Source of the DNA: a virus
Taxonomy: Duplodnaviria > Caudoviricetes
Strand: one strand, 5' to 3'
DNA length: 64,000 nt
IMG/VR virus record: IMGVR_UViG_3300044614_001923
Position numbers and translations under genes: made by a program. Shown one piece after another: positions 22,201 to 32,816 of the stretch (position 1 is the first letter of the stretch; every line of letters starts with the position of its first letter). The notes under the pieces are model-generated. The model had not been told where the DNA came from and searched no databases. It saw nothing but the letters and a program-made list of their open reading frames with translations.

Positions 22201-23573
22201 CAGAATTTAAATCCCTCAAATGTTTTTTTAGGTTTTTTATCTTCATAATCATACTCTTCATCTTTTCCGTTGTCAAGGATATCATTCTGAGCAGATTGTT
22301 CGCAATCATAAAGACGCATTTTAGCGCGGTCAATACCAATCACAAAACGCTTATGGATGGTTGGATCATTATAACGGTTCTTAAGTTGTTTTACAAGAAT
22401 TTGTCCAAGTTCTTCTAGTTCTTCTGTAGAAATTAGAGCAAACATTAAGTCAGCAGTTGCAGGAAGACCAAATGATTCAGAAGTATCAGTCAGTTCAACA
22501 TCAGAAGAACCATAACCAGAACGAGTGGTCTGAGTGGCACTTACAATAGGAACATTAAATTCTACAGCAAGACCACGAAGTTCTTCAGCGATTGCTTTCA
22601 CAAAAGTATAAGAATTGATATTACTATTTCCTTTATACCTACTGGAAGCACAAATATTCAGATAATCAATGAAAATAATATCTGGTTTAAATGATTTCTT
22701 TAGAGCAAGTTCATTCAAAAGAGACTTGAAATGACCAGAGTGTGCTGATGCAGTTGGATACTCTTTAATGATTAATGTTCCCTGCGTCTTCTTTGCAATA
22801 TTTGTGACTTTATTCTCAAATACAGATTTGGGAAGATCTACAATATCTCGAATATTAACATTCAATAAGTTTGCATCAATTCGTTCAGCAATCTTTTCTT
22901 CTGCCATCTCCATTGTAATGTAGAGAACGTTCCTCCCTTGCAGCAACACGGAGCTAGCGACGTGGCACATGAATAGAGATTTGCCGACACCTGTACCAGC
23001 AAGCGCGATATTAAGAGTCTTACAAGGTAACCCACCTTTTGTAATTTTGTTAAAGTAATCAAGATCAAATTCAATTTTCTCCTCTGTTCTGTGATAAGAT
23101 TCATATCTTGTTTCATAATCTTGTAGATAATCATGCCCAACGTGATTGTCAAATGAAACTGCAAGAGCATCTTGTAGGATGGAAGGAATAGCATCCCTAC
23201 TCTTACTTCCATTACCATCAACTAGTTGGATTGATTCCATAAGTGCCAAATAAATGGCACGATCACGACACCACTTTTCAGTAGTATCAATCAACCAAGT
23301 TAGTTCTACAGGAACATTTTCAAGAGTGCTGACCAAATGGACAAGTTTTTGAAACTGCTCTTGAGTAACATCATTTCTTCTCTCAACTTCAATACACAGA
23401 ATGTCTTTAGTTGGAATTGTATTATATTCTAAAAGAAATTTATTAATTTCTTGATATATAATTTTTTGTTCTGGATCTTCAAAGTATTCTTCTTTTAAGA
23501 ATGGTAAAACTTTTCTTACATAATCCTCATTAAATAACAGGTTTCTAAGAATTAGAAACTCAACTTTCTCCAT
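22200..23573 (-). CDS. gp41: Replicative helicase (T4 gp41-like)
   Basis: LAGTGVGKS Walker A, IFIDYLNI, SATQTTRSG, KQLKNRY. Confidence 0.96.
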   Translation of the reverse strand: MEKVEFLILRNLLFNEDYVRKVLPFLKEEYFEDPEQKIIYQEINKFLLEYNTIPTKDILCIEVERRNDVTQEQFQKLVHLVSTLENVPVELTWLIDTTEKWCRDRAIYLALMESIQLVDGNGSKSRDAIPSILQDALAVSFDNHVGHDYLQDYETRYESYHRTEEKIEFDLDYFNKITKGGLPCKTLNIALAGTGVGKSLFMCHVASSVLLQGRNVLYITMEMAEEKIAERIDANLLNVNIRDIVDLPKSVFENKVTNIAKKTQGTLIIKEYPTASAHSGHFKSLLNELALKKSFKPDIIFIDYLNICASSRYKGNSNINSYTFVKAIAEELRGLAVEFNVPIVSATQTTRSGYGSSDVELTDTSESFGLPATADLMFALISTEELEELGQILVKQLKNRYNDPTIHKRFVIGIDRAKMRLYDCEQSAQNDILDNGKDEEYDYEDKKPKKTFEGFKF

Positions 23574-24567
23574 AACTAAATTCCTTACGTGCGATTTGAT
23601 CTAGTTGTTGCATTACTTCTTCAGTGAAATACACTTCAGGTTCTTTCAGAATCTGCTTAGCATAAATCTTCTTACCATCAATTTCATAGCGTCCCGCTAC
23701 ATTCTTCCAGAGTCCACCAATCTCACCAAGTTCCAGAAGACCATAGTAACGATCAAGACCGCGCTCATCATAATACAAACGGACTTCAACATCTTTATTC
23801 TCCTTACTCAAACGCGATTTAGCAGTCTTAGCCTTGATAATATTTCCGACCACTTCCGTTCCATCCTTCTCTTTCTTTTTGCTGAGATAGATAATCGTAC
23901 TTGCTGCGTACTTGAGTCCAGAACCTCCCCCCATTTCTTTCGTTGGTACATAAGCTCCGATGACATCGTATGTATGATTTGTGACAATGAGTGGTACATT
24001 TGCTTGTCCTAATTTAAGAGTTAACATTCTGAAAGCGCCTTTGATAAGTTGCGATTTAGTCATATCACGAACTTCTTTATCATTCAGAACATCATTAATC
24101 TCCTTACTCGTAGAAAGCATCCCCAAAGAGTCTAGCACAAACATGCAAGGATTGCGCTCTCCTTCAGGTTTTTTCATGTACAGATCTACCGCTTTGAGTG
24201 CTTTGTTACGAAACTCTTCAATTGTAACAACATTAACAACAACAAGACGAGAAGTATCAATTCCACGAGATTCTAATAGAGATTTAGTGATAGCAGCTTC
24301 AGTATCAAAATAGAGACAATAACCATCGGGATTGGTATCAAGAAAATTCTTAACAACGGCGAGGCTGAAGAAAGTTTTTCCAGTAGAAGACTCTCCAGCA
24401 ATAGCAGTAATCTTATTGCCAGATACACCACCAAATATGCTACCTGAAACCAGTGCATTAAAAATGTATGAACCCGTGTCAACATAAGTTTCTGTTTCAT
24501 CAATATCTGAGGCAAGTTTGGTGTAATCATCACCAATTTCTTTTACAATATCCTTTAAGAAGTCCAT
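23560..24567 (-). CDS. uvsX: RecA-like recombinase
   Basis: AGESSTGKT, VLDSLGML, MGGGSGLKYAAS. Confidence 0.95.
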   Translation of the reverse strand: MDFLKDIVKEIGDDYTKLASDIDETETYVDTGSYIFNALVSGSIFGGVSGNKITAIAGESSTGKTFFSLAVVKNFLDTNPDGYCLYFDTEAAITKSLLESRGIDTSRLVVVNVVTIEEFRNKALKAVDLYMKKPEGERNPCMFVLDSLGMLSTSKEINDVLNDKEVRDMTKSQLIKGAFRMLTLKLGQANVPLIVTNHTYDVIGAYVPTKEMGGGSGLKYAASTIIYLSKKKEKDGTEVVGNIIKAKTAKSRLSKENKDVEVRLYYDERGLDRYYGLLELGEIGGLWKNVAGRYEIDGKKIYAKQILKEPEVYFTEEVMQQLDQIARKEFSYGES

Positions 24568-24597
24568 AATATTTTTCCAATTAGTAACAGTATAGCA

Positions 24598-27093
24598 TTA
24601 GATAAAGAAAGCATCAAGGGTGCTAGTTCTTTCAGAAGACCATCCGATTGCATTAAGAATGATTTTTAAAGGTTCAAGAAACCCTTTATCAAATTGCAAC
24701 TCATAATCAACATATTTTTCTAATCCAAGTTCTCTTGGGAAGTCTTGAATGAAAGAGATAACATTTTCATGAATAATATTTGGTTTTTTGAGATAGCAAA
24801 ACTTGACTTTTTCTCCATTTTGAATGAGAGAATACTTATTCGTAAGTTTTTTGTCCTTAATATAGTAATTAAAGAGCAATGCTCCCCTAACATGCATTGG
24901 AGTTTTGGGAGCATATATGTTTGAAAATGATTGATATTTCTGAATATCAGAAGCAGATCTTGGAAAAGAAACTTCCTCTGGAGAAAGTTTTTTAAACTTA
25001 GTCCTACATTCTTCAATGTAATTTATCACATCATCTTCAGTCCCATTCATCATAAGTTTAAGTGCATCCTTAATCATTTGACGACAAGGAGCTGGAGTTG
25101 ATGATTTAACTGCTTCAATTCCCATGATCTTCAGTTTGGGTTCAGAGTAACGAACACCTTCACTGTCCCAGACATTCATAATATAACGTTTCTTAGCAGT
25201 CCAAATTCCACGATCAGCAATATTCTCACGCTTCATCTGCATCTTCTGCTCATAAGCATTCATGTATTCTGCCAATTCTTGGTAAGAACTTTCAATATAT
25301 TTTTCAAGTTCCACCTTAGCGACCTTATCAAGGAAATTGACAACGCTCTCAGTAGTTTTCTCTCTGCCTTCGTATACACGGTCAACCAAAGGACCCATAT
25401 GCATATAAATGGAATCAGTATCAGAAGCAATGACATAATCAACACCCTCAGTTTTAAGAAGTTTGTTCATATAGTTATTCAACTTTTCTTCAATCCACCT
25501 AATAGCAACTTGACCAGAAAGAGTAATTGCTTCAGCATTTTCAAGTTTGTAATAACGGAAATATTGATTACCAATAGCACCATAAGCAGAGTTCAAAGAA
25601 ATCTTCTTTGCCATCTGAATATTGTTGCAGCGAGCAATTTCTTTTACAAGTTCTTTATTCTTGGTTTTCTCATACTGTTTCTTTGCCTCAATCATCTTCT
25701 TCTTAAAGATAACACGGTCCCCATACATTTTTTCCATAAGTTCTGGAAGGATTCCACGTATATCTTTTCGAAACATAGCTCCATTTGGGCACACTGCATA
25801 ATCCTTATACATCTCAAGAGTAATTTCTTTCTTTAAGATTTTTTCTACAGATACATTTGGGCAACGTTCATCTACCAGAGTTTCTGGACTGATGTTTGAT
25901 TGCATAATCAAATGTGGATATAGGGAGTTAAGGTCAAAGTTGACAATCCAATCATATACACCAGGAATTGGTTCTTTTACATAAGCACCCGCATACTTAT
26001 CATTTTTTTCAGATTTGTCTTTTGGGGGAATAACGACGTTTCTTTTTTTCAAATAATTATAAATGATGTTATCCCACATACGGACTTGATAAAACACATC
26101 AACAAAGTTAACTTTTGCATCAAATGCCATCGTAACTGCAAGTTCAATCAGTTTCATCTTGTCTTCCAAACGGTCAACAAGTTCTACGTCAATGATGTTG
26201 TACTCTACAAACTTTTGCCAACCTTTGGTATAAAAGTCCTTAAAAGTATCAAACTCAGAGTGATCCAGTTTCTTCTGACCCAATTCAACACTTGCAATAT
26301 GATCTAGACGATATGATTCTTGAGCAGAATAAGTAAATTTTTTATAAAGATCAAGGTAATCCAGTTGAGTAATGCCACCAACATCAAAACAAATTTGTTG
26401 TCGGTTATTGACCCATACTTCATTTTGTGTTATGAGTCCCCATGGAGAAAAACTCTTCATTCTTTTCTCACCGAGAACGCGAGAAAGTCTGCCACAAATA
26501 TATGGAATATCATAAAATTGAATGTTCCATCCAGTAACAACCTCAGGAACATTATTTTCCCAATAAAACAAAAACTTATTTAAAAGTTCATACTCGGAAG
26601 AACACTGAATATAATTAACATTACTCTGAGTATTTTTAAATGGACCATTTCCCCAAGTAATAATATTTTTTGTGGAATAATCCTGAATTGTAATCAGAAG
26701 TATTTCTTGGTCACATGACTTTGGATCTGGGAATCCATTTTCAGAGGCAACCTCAATGTCAAGAGTTACCAACTTAATTTTATTGATATCAAATTTAATT
26801 TCATCCTCAGGATACTTATCAGAAATGTATTGATAAACATACCTATCATTCCCGTAGATTTTAAATCCATCTACGCTATCATACTTTTTGTAGAACTCTC
26901 TACAATCTTTTACTAATCCTGGTTTTATTGCTTCAACGTATTCACCTTCAAGTGTTTTATATTTTGTTTCTTTATTTGATTTTACAAATAAAGTTGGAGA
27001 GTATTCCTCCTTAAACATTACATGTTGCCCATTCTCATATCCGCGAACAAGAAACTTGTTCCCGATCATTTGTACGTTGGTATAAAATCTCAT
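24598..27093 (-). CDS. gp43: Family B DNA polymerase (T4 gp43-like)
   Basis: DIEV exonuclease motif, DLNSLYP, KISLNSAYG, SDTDS; uninterrupted. Confidence 0.98.
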   Translation of the reverse strand: MRFYTNVQMIGNKFLVRGYENGQHVMFKEEYSPTLFVKSNKETKYKTLEGEYVEAIKPGLVKDCREFYKKYDSVDGFKIYGNDRYVYQYISDKYPEDEIKFDINKIKLVTLDIEVASENGFPDPKSCDQEILLITIQDYSTKNIITWGNGPFKNTQSNVNYIQCSSEYELLNKFLFYWENNVPEVVTGWNIQFYDIPYICGRLSRVLGEKRMKSFSPWGLITQNEVWVNNRQQICFDVGGITQLDYLDLYKKFTYSAQESYRLDHIASVELGQKKLDHSEFDTFKDFYTKGWQKFVEYNIIDVELVDRLEDKMKLIELAVTMAFDAKVNFVDVFYQVRMWDNIIYNYLKKRNVVIPPKDKSEKNDKYAGAYVKEPIPGVYDWIVNFDLNSLYPHLIMQSNISPETLVDERCPNVSVEKILKKEITLEMYKDYAVCPNGAMFRKDIRGILPELMEKMYGDRVIFKKKMIEAKKQYEKTKNKELVKEIARCNNIQMAKKISLNSAYGAIGNQYFRYYKLENAEAITLSGQVAIRWIEEKLNNYMNKLLKTEGVDYVIASDTDSIYMHMGPLVDRVYEGREKTTESVVNFLDKVAKVELEKYIESSYQELAEYMNAYEQKMQMKRENIADRGIWTAKKRYIMNVWDSEGVRYSEPKLKIMGIEAVKSSTPAPCRQMIKDALKLMMNGTEDDVINYIEECRTKFKKLSPEEVSFPRSASDIQKYQSFSNIYAPKTPMHVRGALLFNYYIKDKKLTNKYSLIQNGEKVKFCYLKKPNIIHENVISFIQDFPRELGLEKYVDYELQFDKGFLEPLKIILNAIGWSSERTSTLDAFFI

Positions 27094-27362
27094 TTAGTTA
27101 AAGACTGGTACTTTTCAAGTAGTGTGGGTTTTGGATCTGATAGTGTAAGAATTTTATCAGAGTGTATCATAAAGATATCCTGACTGGTAAAATCTGACAA
27201 CCATGCTTCTAAAGTGGGGGGAAGACCTTGTATTGGCGTAGCAAATTGATATGGTTTAGTCAATTTGCAATCGGGTTCTCCAATATCAGCAGAGACTTCT
27301 TCAATTGAGGATATTAATTTTGTGCCATCTAAAAGGCAGATTAGTTTTATATTTTCCATCAT
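27090..27362 (-). CDS. Small beta-barrel protein, possibly Sm-like
   Basis: KLICLLDGTKLIS...LTKP...AW...MIHSDKILT pattern shared with its neighbour. Confidence 0.65.
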   Translation of the reverse strand: MMENIKLICLLDGTKLISSIEEVSADIGEPDCKLTKPYQFATPIQGLPPTLEAWLSDFTSQDIFMIHSDKILTLSDPKPTLLEKYQSLTK

Positions 27363-27766
27363 CTGCAAGTCTTACAATCGTAGTTATCATCTTCCTTTGC
27401 TGCTGATTCTTCAGGGGGATGATTCATTCCTTCGTTCCAATCCCTAGTTGAATTGATAACATCATTCTCATACATTTCAGCTAGCATATCTACTGGATCA
27501 GTAAACGTTACCACCCAATCAGATACAACAGGAACTCGTGTGCCTTTTGCAAGTGGAATCCAAGGAAAAAGACTAATGTTAAAGGAAGTTTTTCCTGGAG
27601 TTAGTTGAGTTGGTCCCTGAGGATTTTGTTCCGTTTCAGGATCAATAATATTAACAAGACAAGGTTTATAAAAATAAAATCCCGCCAAGCGATCATCAAC
27701 TATCATTTCTTGAACATCAGCAATGACAAATTGACCCGTTTTAATCAATGCAATTTTTACAGACAT
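27359..27766 (-). CDS. Small beta-barrel protein, possibly Sm-like
   Basis: ATG at 27766 (MSVKIALIKTGQFVIAD) with GGAGG RBS. Confidence 0.7.
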   Translation of the reverse strand: MSVKIALIKTGQFVIADVQEMIVDDRLAGFYFYKPCLVNIIDPETEQNPQGPTQLTPGKTSFNISLFPWIPLAKGTRVPVVSDWVVTFTDPVDMLAEMYENDVINSTRDWNEGMNHPPEESAAKEDDNYDCKTCR

Positions 27767-27871
27767 AATTCCTCCAATCTTAAACTCAGTATAGCAATAA
27801 AAAAGAGGGGAGTCAACTGGATTTTGCCAGTTTCCCCTCCGTGGCAGAGCGCCGACGATATTCAATACTAT

Positions 27872-28306
27872 TTAGAACCAAACTTTTCTCTTATGATGCT
27901 CTGGAACAATCTTTCCTAACTTAACTATAAGCATTCCGTTTTCAAATTTTACATCTCTTACTTCAACATCATCAGAAATAGTCCAAGAACGGTTAAACGC
28001 TCTTGTTGCTAGTCCTCTGTGCAAATACTCCGTCTCATTATTTGTTTCTTTTTGTCCCTCCACAAAAAGTTTATTGTTTTCAGTATATACAACAACTTCT
28101 TTTGGACTAAATCCTGCTAAGGCAACTTCCAAACGAAAATCTACATTCGTTTCTTTTACCAAGTTGTATGGAGGATAGTTAGTTTCTGTTTGATGTAGTG
28201 ACCCAAATCTATGAAACCACTCATCCATCCCAATAGAATATTTTTCTACATCATTTAAAAATTTTTCAATGTTTGCGACTTCGTATCTTGCTAAAGTTGG
28301 ATACAT
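27872..28306 (-). CDS. hsp20: Small heat shock protein
   Basis: YPPYNL, LEVALAGF, HRGLATRAF, FENGML. Confidence 0.95.
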   Translation of the reverse strand: MYPTLARYEVANIEKFLNDVEKYSIGMDEWFHRFGSLHQTETNYPPYNLVKETNVDFRLEVALAGFSPKEVVVYTENNKLFVEGQKETNNETEYLHRGLATRAFNRSWTISDDVEVRDVKFENGMLIVKLGKIVPEHHKRKVWF

Positions 28307-28429
28307 GTTTTTTCTCCTTTAAAAGCGAGTTTATTAGTAATGGACCCTTACGGCATCCACTACTAATTATACAAGAATACAAAAAAAGCGAGGTAATGAA
28401 CCCCGCACATTTTTGTATTGTTTTCCGTA

Positions 28430-28867
28430 CTATTTTGCAGTAGTTTCCTTCTTAGATCCAATATTATATTTTTGCTCTAAGATCCATTCTCCCTTATCCT
28501 TATAAGATAGAACTTTAATTTGATTTAGAGGTGCAATATCTGCGATTGATTCTTCATTTACAATTCCAATAAGTCCCCAATCAGCTAAAAGACGAGCAAT
28601 TCTATTTCTGCGCTGAACATCATTTACAGTAAGATTAGCATGTTTACCATCAAGAGCAAACAATTCTTTAAAGTGGACAATATAGTACTTACCTTGCTTA
28701 TGAAGAATGTGGCAAGATTGATAGAGTTTTTTCTCCTTTCTAGATGCAACTCCAATGCGAGTCAAAGTTTCACGAACTTTTAGGAAGTCATCTGGTTCGT
28801 TAAGAAGAACTTCCACCATCATATTGGGAGACCAATTTACTTGGGGTTCAATTGTTTGATTAGTCAT
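28430..28867 (-). CDS. regA: Translational repressor RegA
   Basis: DDFLKVRETLTRIGVAS...LYQSCHILHKQGKYYIVHFKELF. Confidence 0.96.
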   Translation of the reverse strand: MTNQTIEPQVNWSPNMMVEVLLNEPDDFLKVRETLTRIGVASRKEKKLYQSCHILHKQGKYYIVHFKELFALDGKHANLTVNDVQRRNRIARLLADWGLIGIVNEESIADIAPLNQIKVLSYKDKGEWILEQKYNIGSKKETTAK

Positions 28868-29244
28868 TTTTTTCCGCCAGTTTCAAGTCGTTGTTTAATA
28901 AAATCGAGTTGTTGTCTTGATAAAATTTTCAAACTTTGCAATGCTTTTTCATTACTATATCCATAGTACTGCTTAACGCATTCTAAATCTTTAACTTTAT
29001 CTTTACGGAGCCAAGGAGAAAATCTCTTACGCTTCCTCAGTGTATTTATATAAAACAAATATTGCATGTCCTTATCCAGATGATGATTCATATTCATTTC
29101 ATTAGCAAAAAGAATACAATCAATATGACCAGATAAACATTTATTAACAATATATGGCGGATATTCTTTCTTACAATTTGGGTCAACATCAATCAAATTT
29201 TCTTTAGTAAAATTAATTGAGTTCAACCAGTCCTTCAATTCCAT
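28864..29244 (-). CDS. gp62: Clamp loader small subunit (gp62-like)
   Basis: MELKDWLNSIN...YPPYIVNKCLS...YYGYSNEKA; ATG at 29244 preferred. Confidence 0.9.
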   Translation of the reverse strand: MELKDWLNSINFTKENLIDVDPNCKKEYPPYIVNKCLSGHIDCILFANEMNMNHHLDKDMQYLFYINTLRKRKRFSPWLRKDKVKDLECVKQYYGYSNEKALQSLKILSRQQLDFIKQRLETGGKK

Positions 29245-30061
29245 AATTAAAAAGCAGTAGTTCTTTACGTTGTTTTTGCTCACGCATATATTCACCAACA
29301 GAACGCATCGTATAAGTTAAATCAAACTCAGCAGCATTCCAGTTCTTAAATCGATCCTTCACAAGTTGATCAGAATTATAACTAATCAATTGATCCATAT
29401 TGTTAGCATCGCAATTAGTAGCAAACTTATCGTGATCAAATCTTTTGTGCATTGATCCCTTATTCCCATAGAGATTATCCTTAATATCATAAGGAGGATC
29501 GAGATACATAAAAGCACTCCTTTCTCCATCCATCAGATAATCGTAAGAGTAATTAGTTATACGCCAATTGGAAATTAGTTTTGCATACTCTGGCAGTTTC
29601 TCAATTCCTCGCATTGAAAAGTTGCTTTGTGATGCTTGAGCAGAAAATGATGAACTTTCTGTGAGACCAGAGAATGAACATTTATTGACAATATAGAAAG
29701 CAACAGCACGATCAAGACTTGATAGATCTTTGGCATTCACATGTTCCTTTGATTTAAGAAAAAGTTCTCTCGCAAGTTCGGGAGTATTGTAAGCAAGTTT
29801 ACAATCAACCAATTCATTCTTCAAATCATTTCCAAACATCTGGAGTTGTTGCCAGAAGTTTACAAGTGGTTCATAAAGATCATTTACCCAAATTTTAAGG
29901 TTTGGATATTTTTTAGTAATATAGATTGCAACACTTCCACCACCAAGAAATGGTTCACGGAATTCATCATAATTGCGAAGGTCTGGAAAATATGGTCCCA
30001 TCTTTTCACAAGCACGGGATTTTCCGCCAGGATATCTAAGGGGTGTTTTGAGAGATTTCAT
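29213..30061 (-). CDS. dam: DNA adenine methyltransferase (Dam family)
   Basis: LRYPGGKS, EPFLGGGSV, YLDPPY. Confidence 0.93.
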   Translation of the reverse strand: MKSLKTPLRYPGGKSRACEKMGPYFPDLRNYDEFREPFLGGGSVAIYITKKYPNLKIWVNDLYEPLVNFWQQLQMFGNDLKNELVDCKLAYNTPELARELFLKSKEHVNAKDLSSLDRAVAFYIVNKCSFSGLTESSSFSAQASQSNFSMRGIEKLPEYAKLISNWRITNYSYDYLMDGERSAFMYLDPPYDIKDNLYGNKGSMHKRFDHDKFATNCDANNMDQLISYNSDQLVKDRFKNWNAAEFDLTYTMRSVGEYMREQKQRKELLLFNYGIEGLVELN

Positions 30062-30257
30062 AATCAGGTTTGTTGTACTTCAAATATTCAAAAAAGGTAA
30101 GTTTCATTTCTTTATGAGTCATACCACAGTGCTTTGCTGCTTGTGGTAGATTCATTTTAGAATAAAAGAGACCCTCATTTGCTTCACGCACATTTTCAGG
30201 AGTTGTTTTTACGGGAACTTCAATAAGAGATGCTTTATTGATCTTAAAAGGATTCAT
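30036..30257 (-). CDS. Hypothetical protein with a possible HTH
   Basis: MNLPQAAKHCGMTHKEMKLTF. Confidence 0.65.
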   Translation of the reverse strand: MNPFKINKASLIEVPVKTTPENVREANEGLFYSKMNLPQAAKHCGMTHKEMKLTFFEYLKYNKPDYEISQNTP

Positions 30258-30541
30258 TCAAATTCTCCAACTTTATTTGATTTAACATGAGGAGGTGTTG
30301 TATATTTTGGCACACAAGAAACCGTAATACTTGTCGATTTAGTTGCTTGTGCCATTTCTCGATATCCAGTACCAACATAAATCTGCCCACCAACTACAGC
30401 AACTGCCATAGTTCCCCAGAAAATATAATACCATCTGGACTTGACTTGATGCTTTTTGAGTTGATCAAGTTCTTCATGAATATCCTGATGATGAAACCTT
30501 AAAGGTTTTTGAATCAATTCTTTTAATTTTTTGTTTTTCAC
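30254..30541 (-). CDS. Hypothetical membrane protein
   Basis: WYYIFWGTMAVAVVGGQIYVG hydrophobic segment. Confidence 0.65.
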   Translation of the reverse strand: MKNKKLKELIQKPLRFHHQDIHEELDQLKKHQVKSRWYYIFWGTMAVAVVGGQIYVGTGYREMAQATKSTSITVSCVPKYTTPPHVKSNKVGEFE

Positions 30542-31485
30542 TTGAATTCACATTCGCACATAAGTTCAGTAAGAGCAGCAAGAATATTAATTTCTTGATC
30601 CGCAACAAAAGCAACTTGATACTGATATTTTGCAATAATCAGTACAGCAGCAGGAATAGATGCTGGAATCAAATTCTCATAACAAGCATCATAAACACGG
30701 CGTAACAATACAGAAGAATCATTATCCATATTATTAACTACCCATTTACGTACTTCAGTAAAGTTCTTATCTTTAAGACTTTTGATAAGTTCATTTACTG
30801 CAATATCAGCAAAGGATGCAAGAATTGCAGAGTCAATTTTTCCACCAACAGAATACCTCTGACATTCATTCAGAACTCGCCTCCAGTCTGGAAAATGCTT
30901 GTTGATCAACTCAGCAATTACTTTTTGATCATATTGAACACCTTCCTTATCCAAGATTGATTGAATTCTTTGGAAGAAACTTCCTGCAAGTAAGACTTTT
31001 TCTTTACCTTGAATTTTGAATTCAACCACAGCACACCTGGAATGTAGTGGTTCGATAATTTTATTTTTGTAGTTACAGGTGAAGATGAATCTGCAGTTAC
31101 CACTAAATTCCTCAGTAAACGCCCGTAGGAGGAGTTGTACGTCGTTGGTTGTGTTATCTGCCTCATCAATGATGACGACTTTGTGTTTAGCAGTTGACGA
31201 AAGCGATACGGTCGAAGCGAAGTTCTTCGCATTGTTTCTGACAGTATCAAGGAATCTACCTTCGTCGGATCCGTTAATGACATAAAAATCTACTCCCAAT
31301 TCATTACAAAGTGCTTTTGCTACAGTAGTCTTACCGCATCCAGCAGGACCAGCAAGAAGTAGATTCGGCACTTCTCCAGTATTTAGAAAGTCAATAAAGG
31401 TTTTCTTAATATTCTCAGGGAGAATACAGTCTTCAATTGTTTTGGGGCGATACTTCTCCACCCACAGAAATTCATCACGACTCAT
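30538..31485 (-). CDS. gp44: Clamp loader large subunit (gp44-like)
   Basis: WVEKYRP, GPAGCGKTT, DEAD, SRC. Confidence 0.96.
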   Translation of the reverse strand: MSRDEFLWVEKYRPKTIEDCILPENIKKTFIDFLNTGEVPNLLLAGPAGCGKTTVAKALCNELGVDFYVINGSDEGRFLDTVRNNAKNFASTVSLSSTAKHKVVIIDEADNTTNDVQLLLRAFTEEFSGNCRFIFTCNYKNKIIEPLHSRCAVVEFKIQGKEKVLLAGSFFQRIQSILDKEGVQYDQKVIAELINKHFPDWRRVLNECQRYSVGGKIDSAILASFADIAVNELIKSLKDKNFTEVRKWVVNNMDNDSSVLLRRVYDACYENLIPASIPAAVLIIAKYQYQVAFVADQEINILAALTELMCECEFK

Positions 31486-31490
31486 AATTT

Positions 31491-32003
31491 TTATACCCAA
31501 TCAGGTTTTCGTTCTGGCATACGAAGATAATTAGATGCAACCCAAGGTTTGGATGCAATATACATCTTGTAAGCAGTAAAAGTGTCAATGCTTGTGTCAA
31601 GTTTATACTCATCTGGCATAGCACGGGCAAATGAAGTTACTTCTGTAATTTTTCCCTTTGGAAAAAGGTAATAAGCATCCACAAGTGTTTTGTAACAAGC
31701 ATGTATCTTATTATAGCGCAAAGCATACTCATCGCACAAATTAAGTCCGTGCTTAATCAACCAATAGGCATTATGGATATTTTCCATTGCCCATTTGGTG
31801 CAGGGATGATTACGAAAAGCACCTTTTTCAGTCCTGTAAGGAGTGTTATCAGTCTTATAAAGAAAACCATACCCATGACCCCAATTATCAGATGCCACAA
31901 TAGAGAGCATCTGACAGCACTCTAGGGGCATTTTAACAACGTGTTTGTCGGGTAGGCAGATAGCACTCTCAGCTGGCCAAGGAGAAGTTGCAAAAATGTT
32001 CAT
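31491..32003 (-). CDS. Pyrimidine-dimer DNA glycosylase-like protein
   Basis: MNIF...DKHVVKMPLECCQMLS...HPCTKW...FARAMP pattern. Confidence 0.75.
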   Translation of the reverse strand: MNIFATSPWPAESAICLPDKHVVKMPLECCQMLSIVASDNWGHGYGFLYKTDNTPYRTEKGAFRNHPCTKWAMENIHNAYWLIKHGLNLCDEYALRYNKIHACYKTLVDAYYLFPKGKITEVTSFARAMPDEYKLDTSIDTFTAYKMYIASKPWVASNYLRMPERKPDWV

Positions 32004-32149
32004 TATAAGGGTTGCGGACCACCAACAATTATAGCAGAAGGAACTTGTGCCTGAGCAATTTTTTTTGCTTGAGATTGACTTGTTGCATCAACCACAAGTT
32101 CTAGATATCTAGAATCTCCAGGAAGTTTGTATCTAACAGTGTATTTCAT
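32003..32149 (-). CDS. 48-aa hypothetical MKYTVRYKLPGDSRYLELVVDATSQSQAKKIAQAQVPSAIIVGGPQPL (not in the ORF track)
   Basis: Manual translation; overlaps both neighbours by 1-4 nt. Confidence 0.7.
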   Translation of the reverse strand: MKYTVRYKLPGDSRYLELVVDATSQSQAKKIAQAQVPSAIIVGGPQPL

Positions 32150-32811
32150 TCAAAGCTAGAATCGGGTTCCAAAGCAATATAATATGTCAGATCATAATCA
32201 GTACTCTTAAAGCGTGAAAGAAGTTTTTTAGAGACAACGACTTCATACTTTCCAGGAAGAATCTTGATATTTTCAACCTTAAAGTTGAAAATAAACTGAT
32301 CATCAGTTTCACCAACTATAATAGAGAAATCATTCGAAGTGTCATTCTTCTTATCTCGAACAACAAGTTTAACAACACCCGCTTCCCCAACAGCAGAAAG
32401 GTCAGGAAGTTGATATACAGATGCTGCTTTAAGTAGTTTGTCAAGTTGCTGAGTACTCAGTTCAAAACAAACATCTTCAGAGGGAAGAACAATTGATTTT
32501 TCTGGAGGGGTAACAATAACAGAAGGATCTGCAAAGAAATATTTGGACCTCATTTTACCTTCACGAATAACAGCGAAACTGCCATTATCAAAATCAAGTT
32601 CTGCATTTTGATGTAGAGCAAGTCCATTAAGGAATTGGTTCAAATCATAAATTCCAAAATCTTTAGGAATTTCTTCATCAATAATTGCTTCTGCAAGAAT
32701 ATTCTTCATCACAGAGATAGTGCGAAGAGAGTTGCCTTCCTTAAAAAGAATAGACTGATTGATGGAAGAAAAGTTCTTTAGGAGAGTCAGAGTTTTATCA
32801 GAAAGTTTCAT
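32146..32811 (-). CDS. gp45: Sliding clamp (gp45-like)
   Basis: MKLSDKTLTLLKNFSSINQSI...FGIYDLNQFL...YYIALE. Confidence 0.95.
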   Translation of the reverse strand: MKLSDKTLTLLKNFSSINQSILFKEGNSLRTISVMKNILAEAIIDEEIPKDFGIYDLNQFLNGLALHQNAELDFDNGSFAVIREGKMRSKYFFADPSVIVTPPEKSIVLPSEDVCFELSTQQLDKLLKAASVYQLPDLSAVGEAGVVKLVVRDKKNDTSNDFSIIVGETDDQFIFNFKVENIKILPGKYEVVVSKKLLSRFKSTDYDLTYYIALEPDSSFE

Positions 32812-32816
32812 AATAA

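Noticed and set aside
29213-30541. dam and two small genes splitting gp44 from gp62
   Set aside because: A common arrangement in T4-like cyanophages; not novel.
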